A stretch of 64,000 nt of DNA from Diplonema japonicum (lineage: Eukaryota > Protista > Euglenozoa: Diplonemea). The number at the start of each line of letters is the position of its first letter. The first letter of the stretch is position 1. Shown here piece by piece: positions 50,483-62,155 of the stretch. The notes under the pieces are model-generated. The model saw nothing but the letters and a program-made list of their open reading frames with translations, did not search any database and had not been told where the DNA came from. The stretch covers positions 62,001-126,000 of the forward strand of contig OZ025694.1 in the NCBI GenBank assembly GCA_964019335.1, written 5' to 3'. The position numbers and the translations under genes are program-made.

Positions 50483-50655
50483 AAAGAAATATGGCCAGTT
50501 ATACGGTATTTTTTTTGTCAGGTGATTAAATAAAAAAAATGTTAAAAAAGTGGTTGAGTTGGTATGCTACACGGGCCCCCACTGTGGTGTTTTAACAACC
50601 CCTTAAGAAACGTGCATCCCGAATTTTTATACCGTATAACTGGCCATTCTTCTCT
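50483..50655. mobile_element. Kolobok-like MITE
   Basis: 19-bp inverted repeat ATGGCCAGTTATACGGTAT / ATACCGTATAACTGGCCAT, with TTAA on both flanks. Confidence 0.55.
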
Positions 50656-50839
50656 TTAAGAAATTTTCGTTAGGGAGAACCTGAGCGTGCCCACGCCAAG
50701 TTTGACCTAATTGAATAGCCAGTAGGGATTAAAATACCAGATCGGCATCTCGGTAAAATAGTATATGAATAAAAAAAAAAAAAGAGGAGGGGTAAAAAAA
50801 AAATCCACCCTTTCGTCATTTTCTTTTTTTTTTTTTTTG

Positions 50840-51169
50840 GTGGGTGGGGATAACACAGAAATATGGAAATATAAAGAAGTACATCAGATGTGTTGTTCGC
50901 TGTTGACCTCCTCGTCGGTCATCACCGGTAGCGCCCGAGTGGAAGAACGTATCGCAGATGCTCAGGGTGACGAACAGGCAGCAAACTGCACGGGCTCAGA
51001 ATCTTGGTTACCAGGGGCACCATGGCTGGGGTTGAGTTGCACACCGCACGCATTAAGGACACGACGCGGAACGCAGAAGAAGCTACAACTAGGCCGAGGC
51101 GCGCCCCCTGTAATCAAGTAGACGATACTTGTGCAGGGCGCCCTGCCACATACTGCACCCTTGAATAGT

Positions 51170-51172
<3 letters not shown>
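50840..51172 (+). mobile_element. SINE-like retroposon copy 5 (ORF 50888-51121, tail E)
   Basis: Most divergent body. Ends CAGGGCGCCCTGCCACATACTGCACCCTTGAATAGTCTCT followed by a long T tract. Confidence 0.85.
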
Positions 51173-51213
<41 letters not shown>

Positions 51214-51279
51214 ACTGTCCCGTTCCACATATTCGAGAAGCCATATATTTTTTGTTTTTTCTGCCCCCCCCCCTTCTCC

Positions 51280-51444
51280 TAGGGCTATGCTGGCAAGGAA
51301 ATGTCTTTTCAAGCTTTTTTTCGAAAATAAGGAAGCGAGAACGGAAACGTTTCTTTACTTTGGAGCCGTTTCCTTAAGTATCTGAAAAATAGGGAAACGG
51401 AAACGTTTCCCCGTTTCTTGCCAGCATATATATATATATAGCCT
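51280..51444. mobile_element. hAT-like MITE copy 2
   Basis: TAGGGCTATGCTGGCA left end. Right TIR interrupted by a (TA)n expansion. Confidence 0.6.
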
Positions 51445-51989
51445 CCGCCCCCACCACAATAGTGTAACCACAAAAAAAATAAATAATTAAGAGTTTAAAA
51501 AAATTGTTTTCTCCCTTTTCCCTTCGCACCGGCTCTACTACAATTTTGCTCTTTTTTTTTTTTCTTGGTGAGCAGAAAATGCCTTGTTATAGTTGTCAAA
51601 AAAAAATGCAGAAAGGTAGGGCAGTCGTTATTATATATTATGCGGTTTAAAATAACCTTTCTTTTTGTTTTTTTCCCCATACGGGGCTGACTATTTGTAT
51701 GCGCTCACCACTGCCTCACCCAACAATGATAACTTTGCCCTGTTCTCTTTTCTTTTATACCGGATTTGTATTTATATTGTTCAGTTTTAATAATGGTCTG
51801 GGGATTTAGTGTACTGTATAAATTATGTACCTTTTTCGGATTTTGGACCCAACTTGCGACTTTTTACAGAACAATACAAAAAACTATTTTTATTATTTTT
51901 GGCCTGACCCCCCCCCCCCCCCCCCCCCAGGACAGGCCCCACTAAAATCAAAGCCACGTTTGTGGTGTACAAGATCTACTTTTTGGTTT

Positions 51990-52815
51990 CCATTTTCAAA
52001 ACAAGGTACGCGGACGCCCTGAAGGCCCAGATAAAGAAAGAGCGGAAAAGACACAGAAGAGAAGCCCTTCTTACTGCTGTTGGTCCGGCTTCTGTTCCCG
52101 TTAGTCCTGTTGCCGCGCCTGGTGCTTCTGTTGTTGCCGGTCCTGTGGTTTCTGTTGTTGCCGGTCCTGTGGTTTCTGTTGCCGGTCCCGTTGCTTCTGC
52201 CCCGACACCTTCACAGATTGCAAAATCAGCAATGCTAGAGGTTGACAAAAGGACAAAGATTATGCGTCCTTTTGTTCTTGCCTGGGGTGTCGAGGCTTAC
52301 CGCAAGCTAACAATCCGGGCAGGGTTCGCTTACCTTTTTAACGATCTCCCACCCGGGTCTGCATCCGTGACCCCGCCCACTGAGGACGTTCCTGCGCCCT
52401 CGCCTGGCCCTCCGCCCCCGCCTTCCGAGGTCGGGCTGGTTCGAGAAGCTGGGTGCAGATGCAGGAGTTGACCCGATGGAGATTGATCCATTGGAGCCAT
52501 TGGGACTGTCAGTCGACCCGGAACCAGCACCCGAAGACCCGGACATTGAGATCACTGAGATGTTCAGCAGGCTGGGCACCTCGACATAGAGGCCATTTCT
52601 GATGCGCCTTCTTCTGACGAAGAAGCAGAAGAAGAAGAAATGCCTAACCAAGAAGCCTCAGCCCCAAGCCAAGCAGCGGCACCAAGCCAAGTGACCCCAA
52701 GCCAGCGAACGAACAACGTGACGAGGGTGCCCTGCCCCAACTGCAGCGCAACCCTCAAGCAGGTTAGAAAGGAGACCAGTGTGGGAGTGCACGGAATGCT
52801 CTGGTGAGCATGACA
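51990..52815 (+). pseudogene. Frameshifted low-complexity coding remnant (Pro/Ala/Val repeats, acidic tract, CPNC), possibly TE-derived
   Basis: Coding-like composition spread over three frames, with no single intact ORF. Flanked by pogo-like MITE halves. Confidence 0.35.
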
Positions 52816-52987
52816 TGAGCACCCGCGGGAGGGTCTGCCCGTCCTGCGACTATGTGGTGTGCTTTACGTGCAGGACTGGGCAATAGTGAACTAGAATTGC
52901 GGTAATACCACCCCCCCCGGCTGGGGGGTATTTTGTTTTTGTCTTGGGATTTTTTATTTTTAGAGATATTTTCTGGGATTTTTTTTA

Positions 52988-53245
52988 TTCCCTCATCGCC
53001 ATTGGAGGAAAGGCAGCTATTGGTTTCTCCAGGAGGCCTATTTTCGCCACCCGCTCCACGCACGACAAGCTAATGGAGTTGAAAGCCGACTACAAGCGGG
53101 ACCGCATCACACGACTCCGCAAGACGCTCACGGCCTCAATCGGAATGAAAGCAATGCTCCAGAAGGGGAGTATTAACAGATAGACCCCCCCCCCCTCCCA
53201 TAGGGCGGCCCTCTAGCGGGGGGCTTGTCCTGTACTTTGAGTTTA
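52988..53245 (+). mobile_element. Non-LTR retrotransposon 3' fragment with tail A
   Basis: SLIAIGGKAAIGFSRRPIF...KAMLQKGSINR*, closely matching 7509-7765 including the tail. Confidence 0.85.
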
Positions 53246-53660
53246 TTTTTGTAATTTTTATGTTCTGTTTTAATGGTGTTCTGTAAATATTATGTACCTT
53301 TTTCGAATTTTTTGCCCAATTTGGGACTTTTCACATAACAATATAAGTACAAATCCGGTAATACTTTTTATTCATTTCTTTTCCCCCCCCCCTTTTTTTT
53401 TAAAATGAAAAGAAGAAGAAAACTTTTTTCCCTTGTTGTGATTTTTGTATCCGTCGCGTGTCTTATTTTTAAAAAGTTCTTTTTTTTTCTTTCTCCCTGC
53501 CCATCTTTTCTCTTTCTTTTTCTAAACAAAGCCACGCACTTTTCTTTTGTTTCTTTACTAATATTTGATCTTGTAGTGATAGCTATGAGTGGGGTGTTGC
53601 TTCACTCGGCTTGTGAGTAGTCCAGTCACAAGCTGTAACATTTCGTACAAGTGAATGAAG

Positions 53661-53691
<31 letters not shown>

Positions 53692-53825
53692 AACTTGCGA
53701 TAGATACTATCCCCTCTTTTTTTTTTTTCTTTCTTCTTCCTCCTTCTGTAAGGGAAAGAAAACAAAAAAGATTGATAATGTTTTATTTAACCATCTACCA
53801 ACGGACCATTTTTTTTTTTTTTTTT

Positions 53826-54315
53826 GCAGCGGAGCCCACATGGTTCAGTCTCAAGGATAGAGCTCGCACTCGACTTTGAGGCCACGACCAAACAGCTCAT
53901 CATGGAAGATACGGCTGACGTACGTAAGCGTGCAAACCGGCTAGCTAAAGTTCTGACAAAACTGTCAGAGGTGGCCGAAAAGAAAGCACGACCCCCTCCT
54001 ATCCCCGGGAAACCTTTCTTGACATCCTCCCTCCGATCCATTGGTGCAAACAAACGGATCCGAGGGTATACCTGCAGACCCACATTCGCATCGTACGACA
54101 AGGTGCGCTTCATCCTCGAACAGCGACTCGCAACCGGTTCAACGGGGAGAGACGACTGGAGCGACAAGCTCGTGCCGACCTACCTCGAACCTACCCGAAG
54201 TATCCCACCCCATCTGCCGATAAAAATGCAGCGACGCAGAAGGGTAACAACACAAGATAGACCCCCCACCACGCTGCACACTTAACGCCAAATAGTGTTG
54301 CAACCAAAGCCCCAT
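53826..54315 (+). mobile_element. Non-LTR retrotransposon 3' fragment with tail C
   Basis: VSRIELALDFEATT...SLRSIG...GY..RPTF. Ends TGCACACTTAACGCCAAATAGTGTTGCAACCAAAGCCCCATTT. Confidence 0.75.
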
Positions 54316-55162
54316 TTTTTTTTTCTTTTTGTGCCCACCAGGGGGTATATCCCCCCGGAAATGCTTCCAGGTATCCCAATTCTAGAGAGAGGGTGCCCAC
54401 CCTTCTTTGAAGCACGGAGTCACGCTAAGTTGTACCAAGCGGGCTGAACACTGAAACTGGAGTCTTTTCGACTTGCAATGCTCGCACGCACGTTGCGCTA
54501 CTTTTTCGGGGAAATGGTCCCAGAAGGTACTGTCACGGCGCATTGGGCGTTCTGTGTTTCGGGGCATGGTATTGGGGCAGCCTGCTCTTCGTACTCAGAG
54601 TGTTGGGGGGGCTTTATTTTTTCATTTTCTTGCAAAGTAGGACCCGGATACAAGAAGTTGCCGGGCCGTATTGCATTGAAAGCCCTTTGCGCAAAAGATT
54701 CTTTTTTTTTTTTTTTCAAATCGTCTATTTATAGACGCTCGTTGGTAGATGGTTAAAAAAAAGAGTAGTGGTAACATTGTTGGGTTTATCCTTCTACAGG
54801 AGGCTGTGCATCCAAACTCTTTTTTTCTTTTTCTCTTTTTTTTTTTTTCAAAATTATTTTTACACCCCTCCCCACCCACTTTATGCTCCTTCACTCACGA
54901 GACCGTGTTTTGTTTTTCAAAAGGGATAAAAAAAAAAAAAAAAAAAAAGGCAAACGAGCAACACGAAAACACAACACACCCAAGGAGGGGAAAAAAAAAA
55001 GAAAGAAAAAACTTTTTTTTTTTTAACCCCCGTTGTCGTCTTCACATTAAAAAAGAAAAAAAAAAGAAAAGAAAAAACGAATTTCTTTTTTAAAACCCCC
55101 TTTTGGCACATGCCGTATCAACTTACAGACGACAACAACAAAAAAAAAAAAAAAAAAAAAAA

Positions 55163-56488
55163 ATGTCCCAACCAGGTACGCCAGGGAAAGGGATGCCGAT
55201 GTCCTTCTGGGGCGAGATGCGGTGCCACATCAGGCTCCTGAACTGGGTGTTCGGCGGGGAGTCGAGCAGGAAGGTTGATTTCTGGAAGGCCCGCAAGGTC
55301 ATCGAAGAGACCTTCGAGGGCCTGGACGAGAACAACGAGGTCCTGAAACAATTCCCGAAAAAGGAAAAAATGCTCGAATTCCTGGGAGACTTCGAAACCG
55401 CTCTGAATAAGTACATGGCGCAGTCGTTCATCGGCGCGAAAGGGTCCGAAATATTCACGGAAAGAAACAGCATGAGGGTGAAATTCGCGGTAGACTTCTT
55501 CAAGAAGTACCCCGCAACACTAGAAAAAAAGATCGAGAAGCCAATCATCATCATTGGCCTTCACCGCACCGGGTCCTCCATGGTGCAGAGACTTCTCTCT
55601 CTCGACCCTAAAGCAAATGGTTCACCCCTTTGGAAGCTCACCGCCGACCCTCTTAACGACTCGTACGAGTCAGCATGCGCGTCTGTCGTAAAAGATTACA
55701 CTTTTGAAGCGATCACACCGTCGTTTCAAAGATTATTATGCGACTATCACCCAATGCACCCGAATGTGCCTGACGAAGATTTGTTATTGTTGTTCCCGTT
55801 CTTCAACTGCTCTGAGGATCACATGATGCATTTCGCGCCAAAATGCGGCGAAGCAGAAAAGTTCATGAACGCTTCACGAATTGAAGCGTTTCAATTTCTC
55901 AAAAGATGGCTGCAGATGTGGAGCGTGAAGGAGAATAAGCTCGTGAGATACGGTGAGGCAGACCCTGACAGGCATTGGGTCTTGAAGAACCCCGCTAATG
56001 GGTACGCAATTGAGAATCTTTTAAAAGAGTTCCCAGATGCCAGGCTTGTCTTCACGCACAGAGCCTTTTCCGATTGCGTTAAATCTCTTGCTGGACTAAA
56101 GCTTGCAATTGCCGCTCCACTAACAGATTCTAAGAAATTCGATTCTCACAGAATTGGTGTCAATACAGTGGATTTAGAAGAAGTTTTGGCGAAAAAAACA
56201 ATGGACTTCCACAAGGCACACCCAGAGAGGAACGACTTCCACATCACGCATGGCGAGGTGATGAACGACCCCATAGGGACGGTTCGTGCCATTTATGAAT
56301 CGTTTTCAATCCCCTTCACCGAGGAGTACCACGAGCTGCTGAAGAAATTCGTGGAGGAAACACCCCCGATCCCTTCAAAGGTGAAGAAATGCCTTTCGCA
56401 CTTCGGCCTCACCGAAGAGATGATCAGCACAGACACCACAAGGGAATATGATGAGCACTTTGTGAATGGAAAAGGCAAGAAGCAGTAG
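55163..56488 (+). CDS. Sulfotransferase, paralog 2
   Basis: Same motifs and same length (441 aa) as 49106-50431. Confidence 0.88.
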   Translation: MSQPGTPGKGMPMSFWGEMRCHIRLLNWVFGGESSRKVDFWKARKVIEETFEGLDENNEVLKQFPKKEKMLEFLGDFETALNKYMAQSFIGAKGSEIFTERNSMRVKFAVDFFKKYPATLEKKIEKPIIIIGLHRTGSSMVQRLLSLDPKANGSPLWKLTADPLNDSYESACASVVKDYTFEAITPSFQRLLCDYHPMHPNVPDEDLLLLFPFFNCSEDHMMHFAPKCGEAEKFMNASRIEAFQFLKRWLQMWSVKENKLVRYGEADPDRHWVLKNPANGYAIENLLKEFPDARLVFTHRAFSDCVKSLAGLKLAIAAPLTDSKKFDSHRIGVNTVDLEEVLAKKTMDFHKAHPERNDFHITHGEVMNDPIGTVRAIYESFSIPFTEEYHELLKKFVEETPPIPSKVKKCLSHFGLTEEMISTDTTREYDEHFVNGKGKKQ

Positions 56489-56782
56489 AAGGAAAAAAAA
56501 AAAAAAAAAAAAAAGCAGAATAATTCTTCTTCGCCCCTCCTTTTTTTTTTTCTTCGTATTTTAGCAAAAGTACTGCTCAGTTTCTTTAAAAAAAAATAAC
56601 AAAAAAAAAAAAAACAAAAAAAAAAGAGTAAAACAAATGCTCTTTTTTTTTAGTTGTTTTTGTTTTTGTTTAAACCAATTGAGAGTGGTGTAGCCACTTA
56701 CTTTATCGCCCGAATGAGTCATAGTAATTGTAAAAAAAAGAAAAAAAAAAGTTTTGTTTCCCTTTTTATTTTATGGTTCAAG

Positions 56783-57037
56783 GTGGTGATCATCACCGGT
56801 AGCGCCCGAGTGGAAGAACATCATGCAGATGCTCAGGGTGACGAACAGGCAGCAAACTGCAGGAGCGCAGAATCTTGGTTACCCGGGGCGTCCCGGCTGG
56901 GGTTGTACACCGCACGCATTAAGGACACGACGCGGAACGCAGAAGAAGCTACAACTCGGCCGCGGTGCACCCCCTGTAATCAAGTAGACAGTTCTTGTGC
57001 AGGGCGCCGCCAACACCGGCCTCCTTTAACTCATATA
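56783..57037 (+). mobile_element. SINE-like retroposon copy 6 (5' internal deletion, tail B)
   Basis: GTGGTG joined to TCATCACCGGTAGCG. Ends CTCCTTTAACTCATATATT. Confidence 0.85.
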
Positions 57038-57688
57038 TTTTATTTTTTTTATTTTTTTTTTCAAATTGCGATATGGTTAAAAAAAATGATAGTAAAGCTT
57101 GTATTGTTTTGTACCGTGTATGGATTCACTTTTTCTGCAGGTTTTTATTTTTTTACCTTTTGCATCCCCCCCCCCCCCCCCCTTCGCGAGCGAACAACCA
57201 AAACAACTGGTTTTACCATCTGTATTATTTTCCCCCTCTTCTTTTTCACACCCCCGCACCGCTGTTTCTCCTACCAAAGAGACAAGCTTTACCATATTAT
57301 CTTTTAGCTCCATTTCCTTCCCCCCTTTTTTTCCCTCCAGGATTTATTCCTCCCCCTCCCCCTCCCCCCCTTTGCCTTTTGTTTTCTTTCTTCTCATATC
57401 TACAAACAGCCACCGCAGAACGATGACTGATTAGTGTGAATTATTTTATGACCCCTCCCCTCCCCTCCCCTCCCCTGCACGCTGAAAATTTATCGAGTTT
57501 TCTTCAAGATTTTCCGAATATTGACAAACGTTGACGGGGAAAAAAAAAAACTCCCCTCTTTTTCTTTTCTTTTTGTTTATTTGTGTTTTCCCCTAAACAA
57601 TTTCAAAAGAAAAAAAGCCCCCCCCCAAAAAAAGAAATCCCTACACAGAGACATAGGGCGGGGGGGAGAGAGGTGGTCTCACCAAGCG

Positions 57689-60467
57689 ATGGCAACAACA
57701 CCGCAGGACACGGCACCACCGCAGGACATAACACACAAAATATACGACGAGCGGGATGGCCCTATGTCAACCTCCATCGCAACGAGGTGCTTTCAAACAA
57801 AGGTGCAAGAGGCGGACCTGGTAATGATGAAGGAGGAAGACGATGGATGGGAGAAGATAGGGCTCGTCATCAGCGTGTCCGGACAAGACGAAGAAGAAGC
57901 CGACGATGAACTAACAGTGCCCGACGGAAAGGCAAAGGTGTGGTGGATGGAGCCAGAGACGTGGCCCTCCGACGAACCAACAGTTCACGACATCGCCGAC
58001 CTTACAGTTCTTGACCGTGCTTTTTGTAAAGGCGTTGCAGTGGCACCCACCGCTACCCCAGCTCGGCAAGGTGTTGTTCAAGACATCGATCTAACCCTGA
58101 AAATCAAGGTCCTCAGCTTCCCCGAAAAGGAAGCTCTTATCCACTCCACTCAACTGTCCAAAGCCCACCCCTTTATCTCAGATATCATCACCATCAAGAC
58201 CCCCGACATGCCATCCCCCCTTTTTTGCGCGCAACGCAGGGTCCACATCGACGTCCTTCTCAAATTCCCTGACAATTCTTATTGTGTGATCCAAGACGCC
58301 ACTTCTGCGGGATGGCTTAAAAACGAAACCCCGATGATGACCGTTCCCAGGGGATGTCCCGACACTTTTTTCTACCCCGGGCAAACCGTGTCCTGCGCCA
58401 GGGCCATCAAAAACCATTCTAAATACATCGTGGGGAAGTGGAAGAAGACGCACCGTAAAGCGATGGTAGTCCGGGTCATCCCTGTCGCCATTCAAGCAAG
58501 GATCCTCGCGGGTACTGAAGCGTCATTGGAGAAACTACCCAGGAACACAGACGAAAAGGAAGAAAACGAGGCAACGCAGGCCGAGACAGATAGCGAAGAT
58601 GAGGACGCCGACACAGACGGGGCTTTTGGAATGGGGTACTCCTCCGAGGAGGACTTCATGGATGATGGGGGAGCGTCGCTACTTGACATCGCTGTGCACC
58701 CGAGTTTTGTATATTCGGTTGATTTTGTTCATGAAAACCTGGAGTTTGGCGACGCTGGGATCGTAAGCGAGGAGCTCATCGCAGCGTTGCGGGAGAAGGC
58801 TGCGAATGAGGAGAGCGATGTTGTGAACCTTGTTGAAGCAGGCGACGCGTCCGCGCCTTGCCCACGATACTTTCCGCCTCTGTCCGACAAACAAAACCCC
58901 ATCGTGATGGGCACCGACATCAAAAACTACCCAAAGGGCAGCCAGCGGACCCGACGCGCTATGTACAAGAACGCATTGAAATCAAAAAAAAACTGGGCGA
59001 TGATGGAAACCGACTGCAAGCGTGCTGCAGTGGTAACCGGAACCTTCATGAAGGTGAAGATACTATGGCAAGACGGGACCGTGAGCGGGTGGGAGGACGC
59101 GAAAGATTTCCACACACTGCACCACACCCAGGAGTTCGAGCACTTCCCCATGGAGTTCGTCAAACCCGCTTCGGATTTCATGAAGGACACGGTCGGCCAA
59201 TCTACCGAAGTCACTACCGTCTCTTGCTACGACCTAGCACCCGCCATCGACTGCTTCGGGGTGGGAGACATGGTTGCACATTGCCCGAGAAACGCGGAAA
59301 CATTATCACTTGTAGCACCCCCTGCTGAGGTACTAACATCGACATGGTCCTGCCAAATCTGCACATTGATAAATCCGAAAAGCCATCCACACTGCAATGC
59401 ATGCCAAGGACCACGGCCGAAGGGAGTGTCTGATAACAATATAGCAACATCGGGGATTGAGTTCGACGGGACTATCTTGCACTTTGCAGGGTGTGGTGGG
59501 ACTCCTGTGCTCAACCCGAATGATGAAAATCCATCAAAAGCATGCGTTGGCGTCGTGCAAGAGGTCGACCCTCGAGGACGGGTCGCCAAGGTAAACTGGA
59601 TCCGCCTCCCGAAAAACCTAATCCAAGAAAACCCCCGTCCTACCAAGGGCAACGACACCTTCGTCCCCATCACCGGTTCCTCGTTGTCAATCGGGACTGT
59701 AATGGCAGTCGGGGGGAATGGTGAGATAACTGTCAGGTGGCATCGACACGGCGACGCTGATACAACTGAAATCCCTCCTATAACCCTTCCGGTCACCGAC
59801 CTTGTTTTGCTCGATTATTCAAGTGACGATCTGGACACTGGCAGTGTCTCTGACCACGACTACCAGCCTCAATTCTTCGCATCGACAGGGACAACCACCA
59901 CCGTTGATCAGAATAGCCCTAGTACGAACAGAACGCTGCTTTCATGGGGGAAGGATCTTGTCCAGGGATTTACAAACATGATGCGCGGGAGGAAGGCCCA
60001 GGAGGGAGCGGGTGAGAGTGACGACGACGAAGAACCGGGATTTAAAGCGAAATCTGAACAAACGAAACAAGGTGAAGAGGAAGAAGAAGAGGAGGATGCA
60101 GACGAGTGCTTCAAAGTTATCAATTGCTTCACCGAGCACGCGTATCTCACTACGCTCGGTGGATGTTTCGACATGAAAAGGGTTCAAAAGGAATGGAAGT
60201 CTTTCCACCGCTCCCTCCCGGAAGGAATTCGGGTTATTGCTTCTGAAACCCAGCCGCACCTTCTCCAGGCGCTTATCGATGGTCCCATGTACACCCCTTA
60301 CCGAAACAGCCCGTTCGTGTTCAATTTGCTTCTCCCACCACAGTTCCCTGAGGGGCCCCCGACAGCAAATTTCCATAGCATTGGCTTGAGGCTGAACCCT
60401 AACCTTTACGCAAACGGTCACATTTGTTGTATGTTGGAAGAAGATGAATAGGAGGGGAAAGGGAAAC

Positions 60468-60506
<39 letters not shown>

Positions 60507-61430
60507 GTCGCTACTTGGTACATGGGCAGGTTACCAACAGTGCGAAACCTGGAACGAGTCATCGACCTTGTTACAGGTTTGGAATGAAGCGGGAGGAAGA
60601 AGGAAAAAAAAACTTTCTAGGTTCTCATTTCCATCCAAGCATTGGTGCTGACAAAGGAACCTTACTATAACGAAGCAGGTCTTTTTTTTAAAGGGAAAAA
60701 AAAAAAAAAAAAAAGAAAATTCGAAAAAGAAAAAAAAAAAAAAAATAAAAATAATAATAGGGTACCACAATCACCTTGGAACGACAGAAGGCAGGCAAAA
60801 CTCTCGTGCTTACAACGAGCAGGTATTTCTTCTTTTTTTTTCTGATACCGCCGACTTTACACAAACAAAATCATATCGAAACCATGGATATGAAGAGGGT
60901 TTCTCAGTGGTGAGCACACCTGACTTTCTGCCTCTATGGACTTTCCTTCCACGGGAGGTGATATTTCTTCTTCAGCCCAGAATGTTACCCGGTTGGAAGA
61001 AGGGGGGGGGAAATAAAAAAAATAAAAACAGATTTACTTATTGGTCTTGCGGTACCTGACGTTGCTCATGAAACAGACCCCTTTGCATTTTGCTAAGGAG
61101 ATCAGGGCGTTTGTGGAGAAAAACTGGAAGGGGATAGTGGAGAGGGCTGAGGGGTATTTGAATGTCATTGAGCCGGAAGAGCACTCTGTGAGTGTTGAGG
61201 TACCGATGGGAGACAAGGACAAGGAAGACGAGGAAGCCTCTCACGGGGCAAAGGAAGTGCAAGACAAAAAAATGGTCACACAAGAGGAACTTGAAAAACA
61301 TTCTAACTATCTTAACGAGGACGGGCTGATATTGCCCGCCTCTGCCGGGTTTTCGGTCTCTCTGCGGACCTCCGTCTTGCCCCAGCTCCGTCTCGCTTTG
61401 CAGGAGCAAGGCTTCGCCCCCAAGGAATAA
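57689..61430 (+). CDS. UBE2O: UBE2O-type E2/E3 hybrid ubiquitin-conjugating enzyme; introns 60429-60505, 60577-60620, 60679-60760, 60823-61031
   Basis: L.VLDR.F, V.WQDG and EHFP.EFV. After splicing, the UBC domain reads RLNPNLYANGHICLSLLGTW...STLLQVLISIQALVL..EPYYNEAG...SRAYNE. Confidence 0.9.
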
Positions 61431-61592
61431 ATGGAATACCCCCCTTTTTTTTTTAGTGTGTTGTTCATTATTTATACTCGCCCTTTTATTTCGTATCATA
61501 CTTTCTTCCTGTTGGTGTCTCATCTTGCCTTATATTTCTTTTTTTTTTTTTTCTTCCTAGTTTTTCTTTTCTGGTGGTTCAGTTGCTCGAGA

Positions 61593-61635
<43 letters not shown>

Positions 61636-61638
61636 TAT

Positions 61639-61954
61639 GAGTCTCGTCCGGATTTAAAATGTCAACAGCTTGTTTTCTTTTTTTTTTTGGGGAATATTTC
61701 GAGAAAACTTTTGTTTTGATTAGTTGATTAGAGCAAAAAAAGAAAAAAAATAAGAAAATAAGAAAAAGGCAGCATGCAACCATAGGAAGATACATAGAAA
61801 GTGTGCATCTTGCCGTTGCCATGAGATTTTGCACTGTTTGGCCCCTTTTTTTGACCCCAAAACAGGGGTGAAGGTAAACATTTCCGGACATTTCTGGGAG
61901 TTATACTTTTCTTAATGAATCTGAGAAATTTGTTGACATTTTTTCCATGAGCTC
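61639..61954. mobile_element. Sola-like MITE copy 2
   Basis: Homologous to 46836-47322, with ATAT flanks. Confidence 0.55.
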
Positions 61955-62155
61955 ATATATATATTTCTTTTTCACAGAACCCTTCCCCCCAAGCCCTGCA
62001 CTTACTTTGTCCGCTCGTGTCATATTTCTCTTCATTTTACTTTTTTTTTTTTTTTTTTTTTGCATCTTTTGTTCTATTCTTTTGATGGATGAAATCCTAT
62101 TTAAGTTAACAGGAGTTAGCCGTGAAGAGCAGTTGGAATCCAACAAAAAAAAGAA

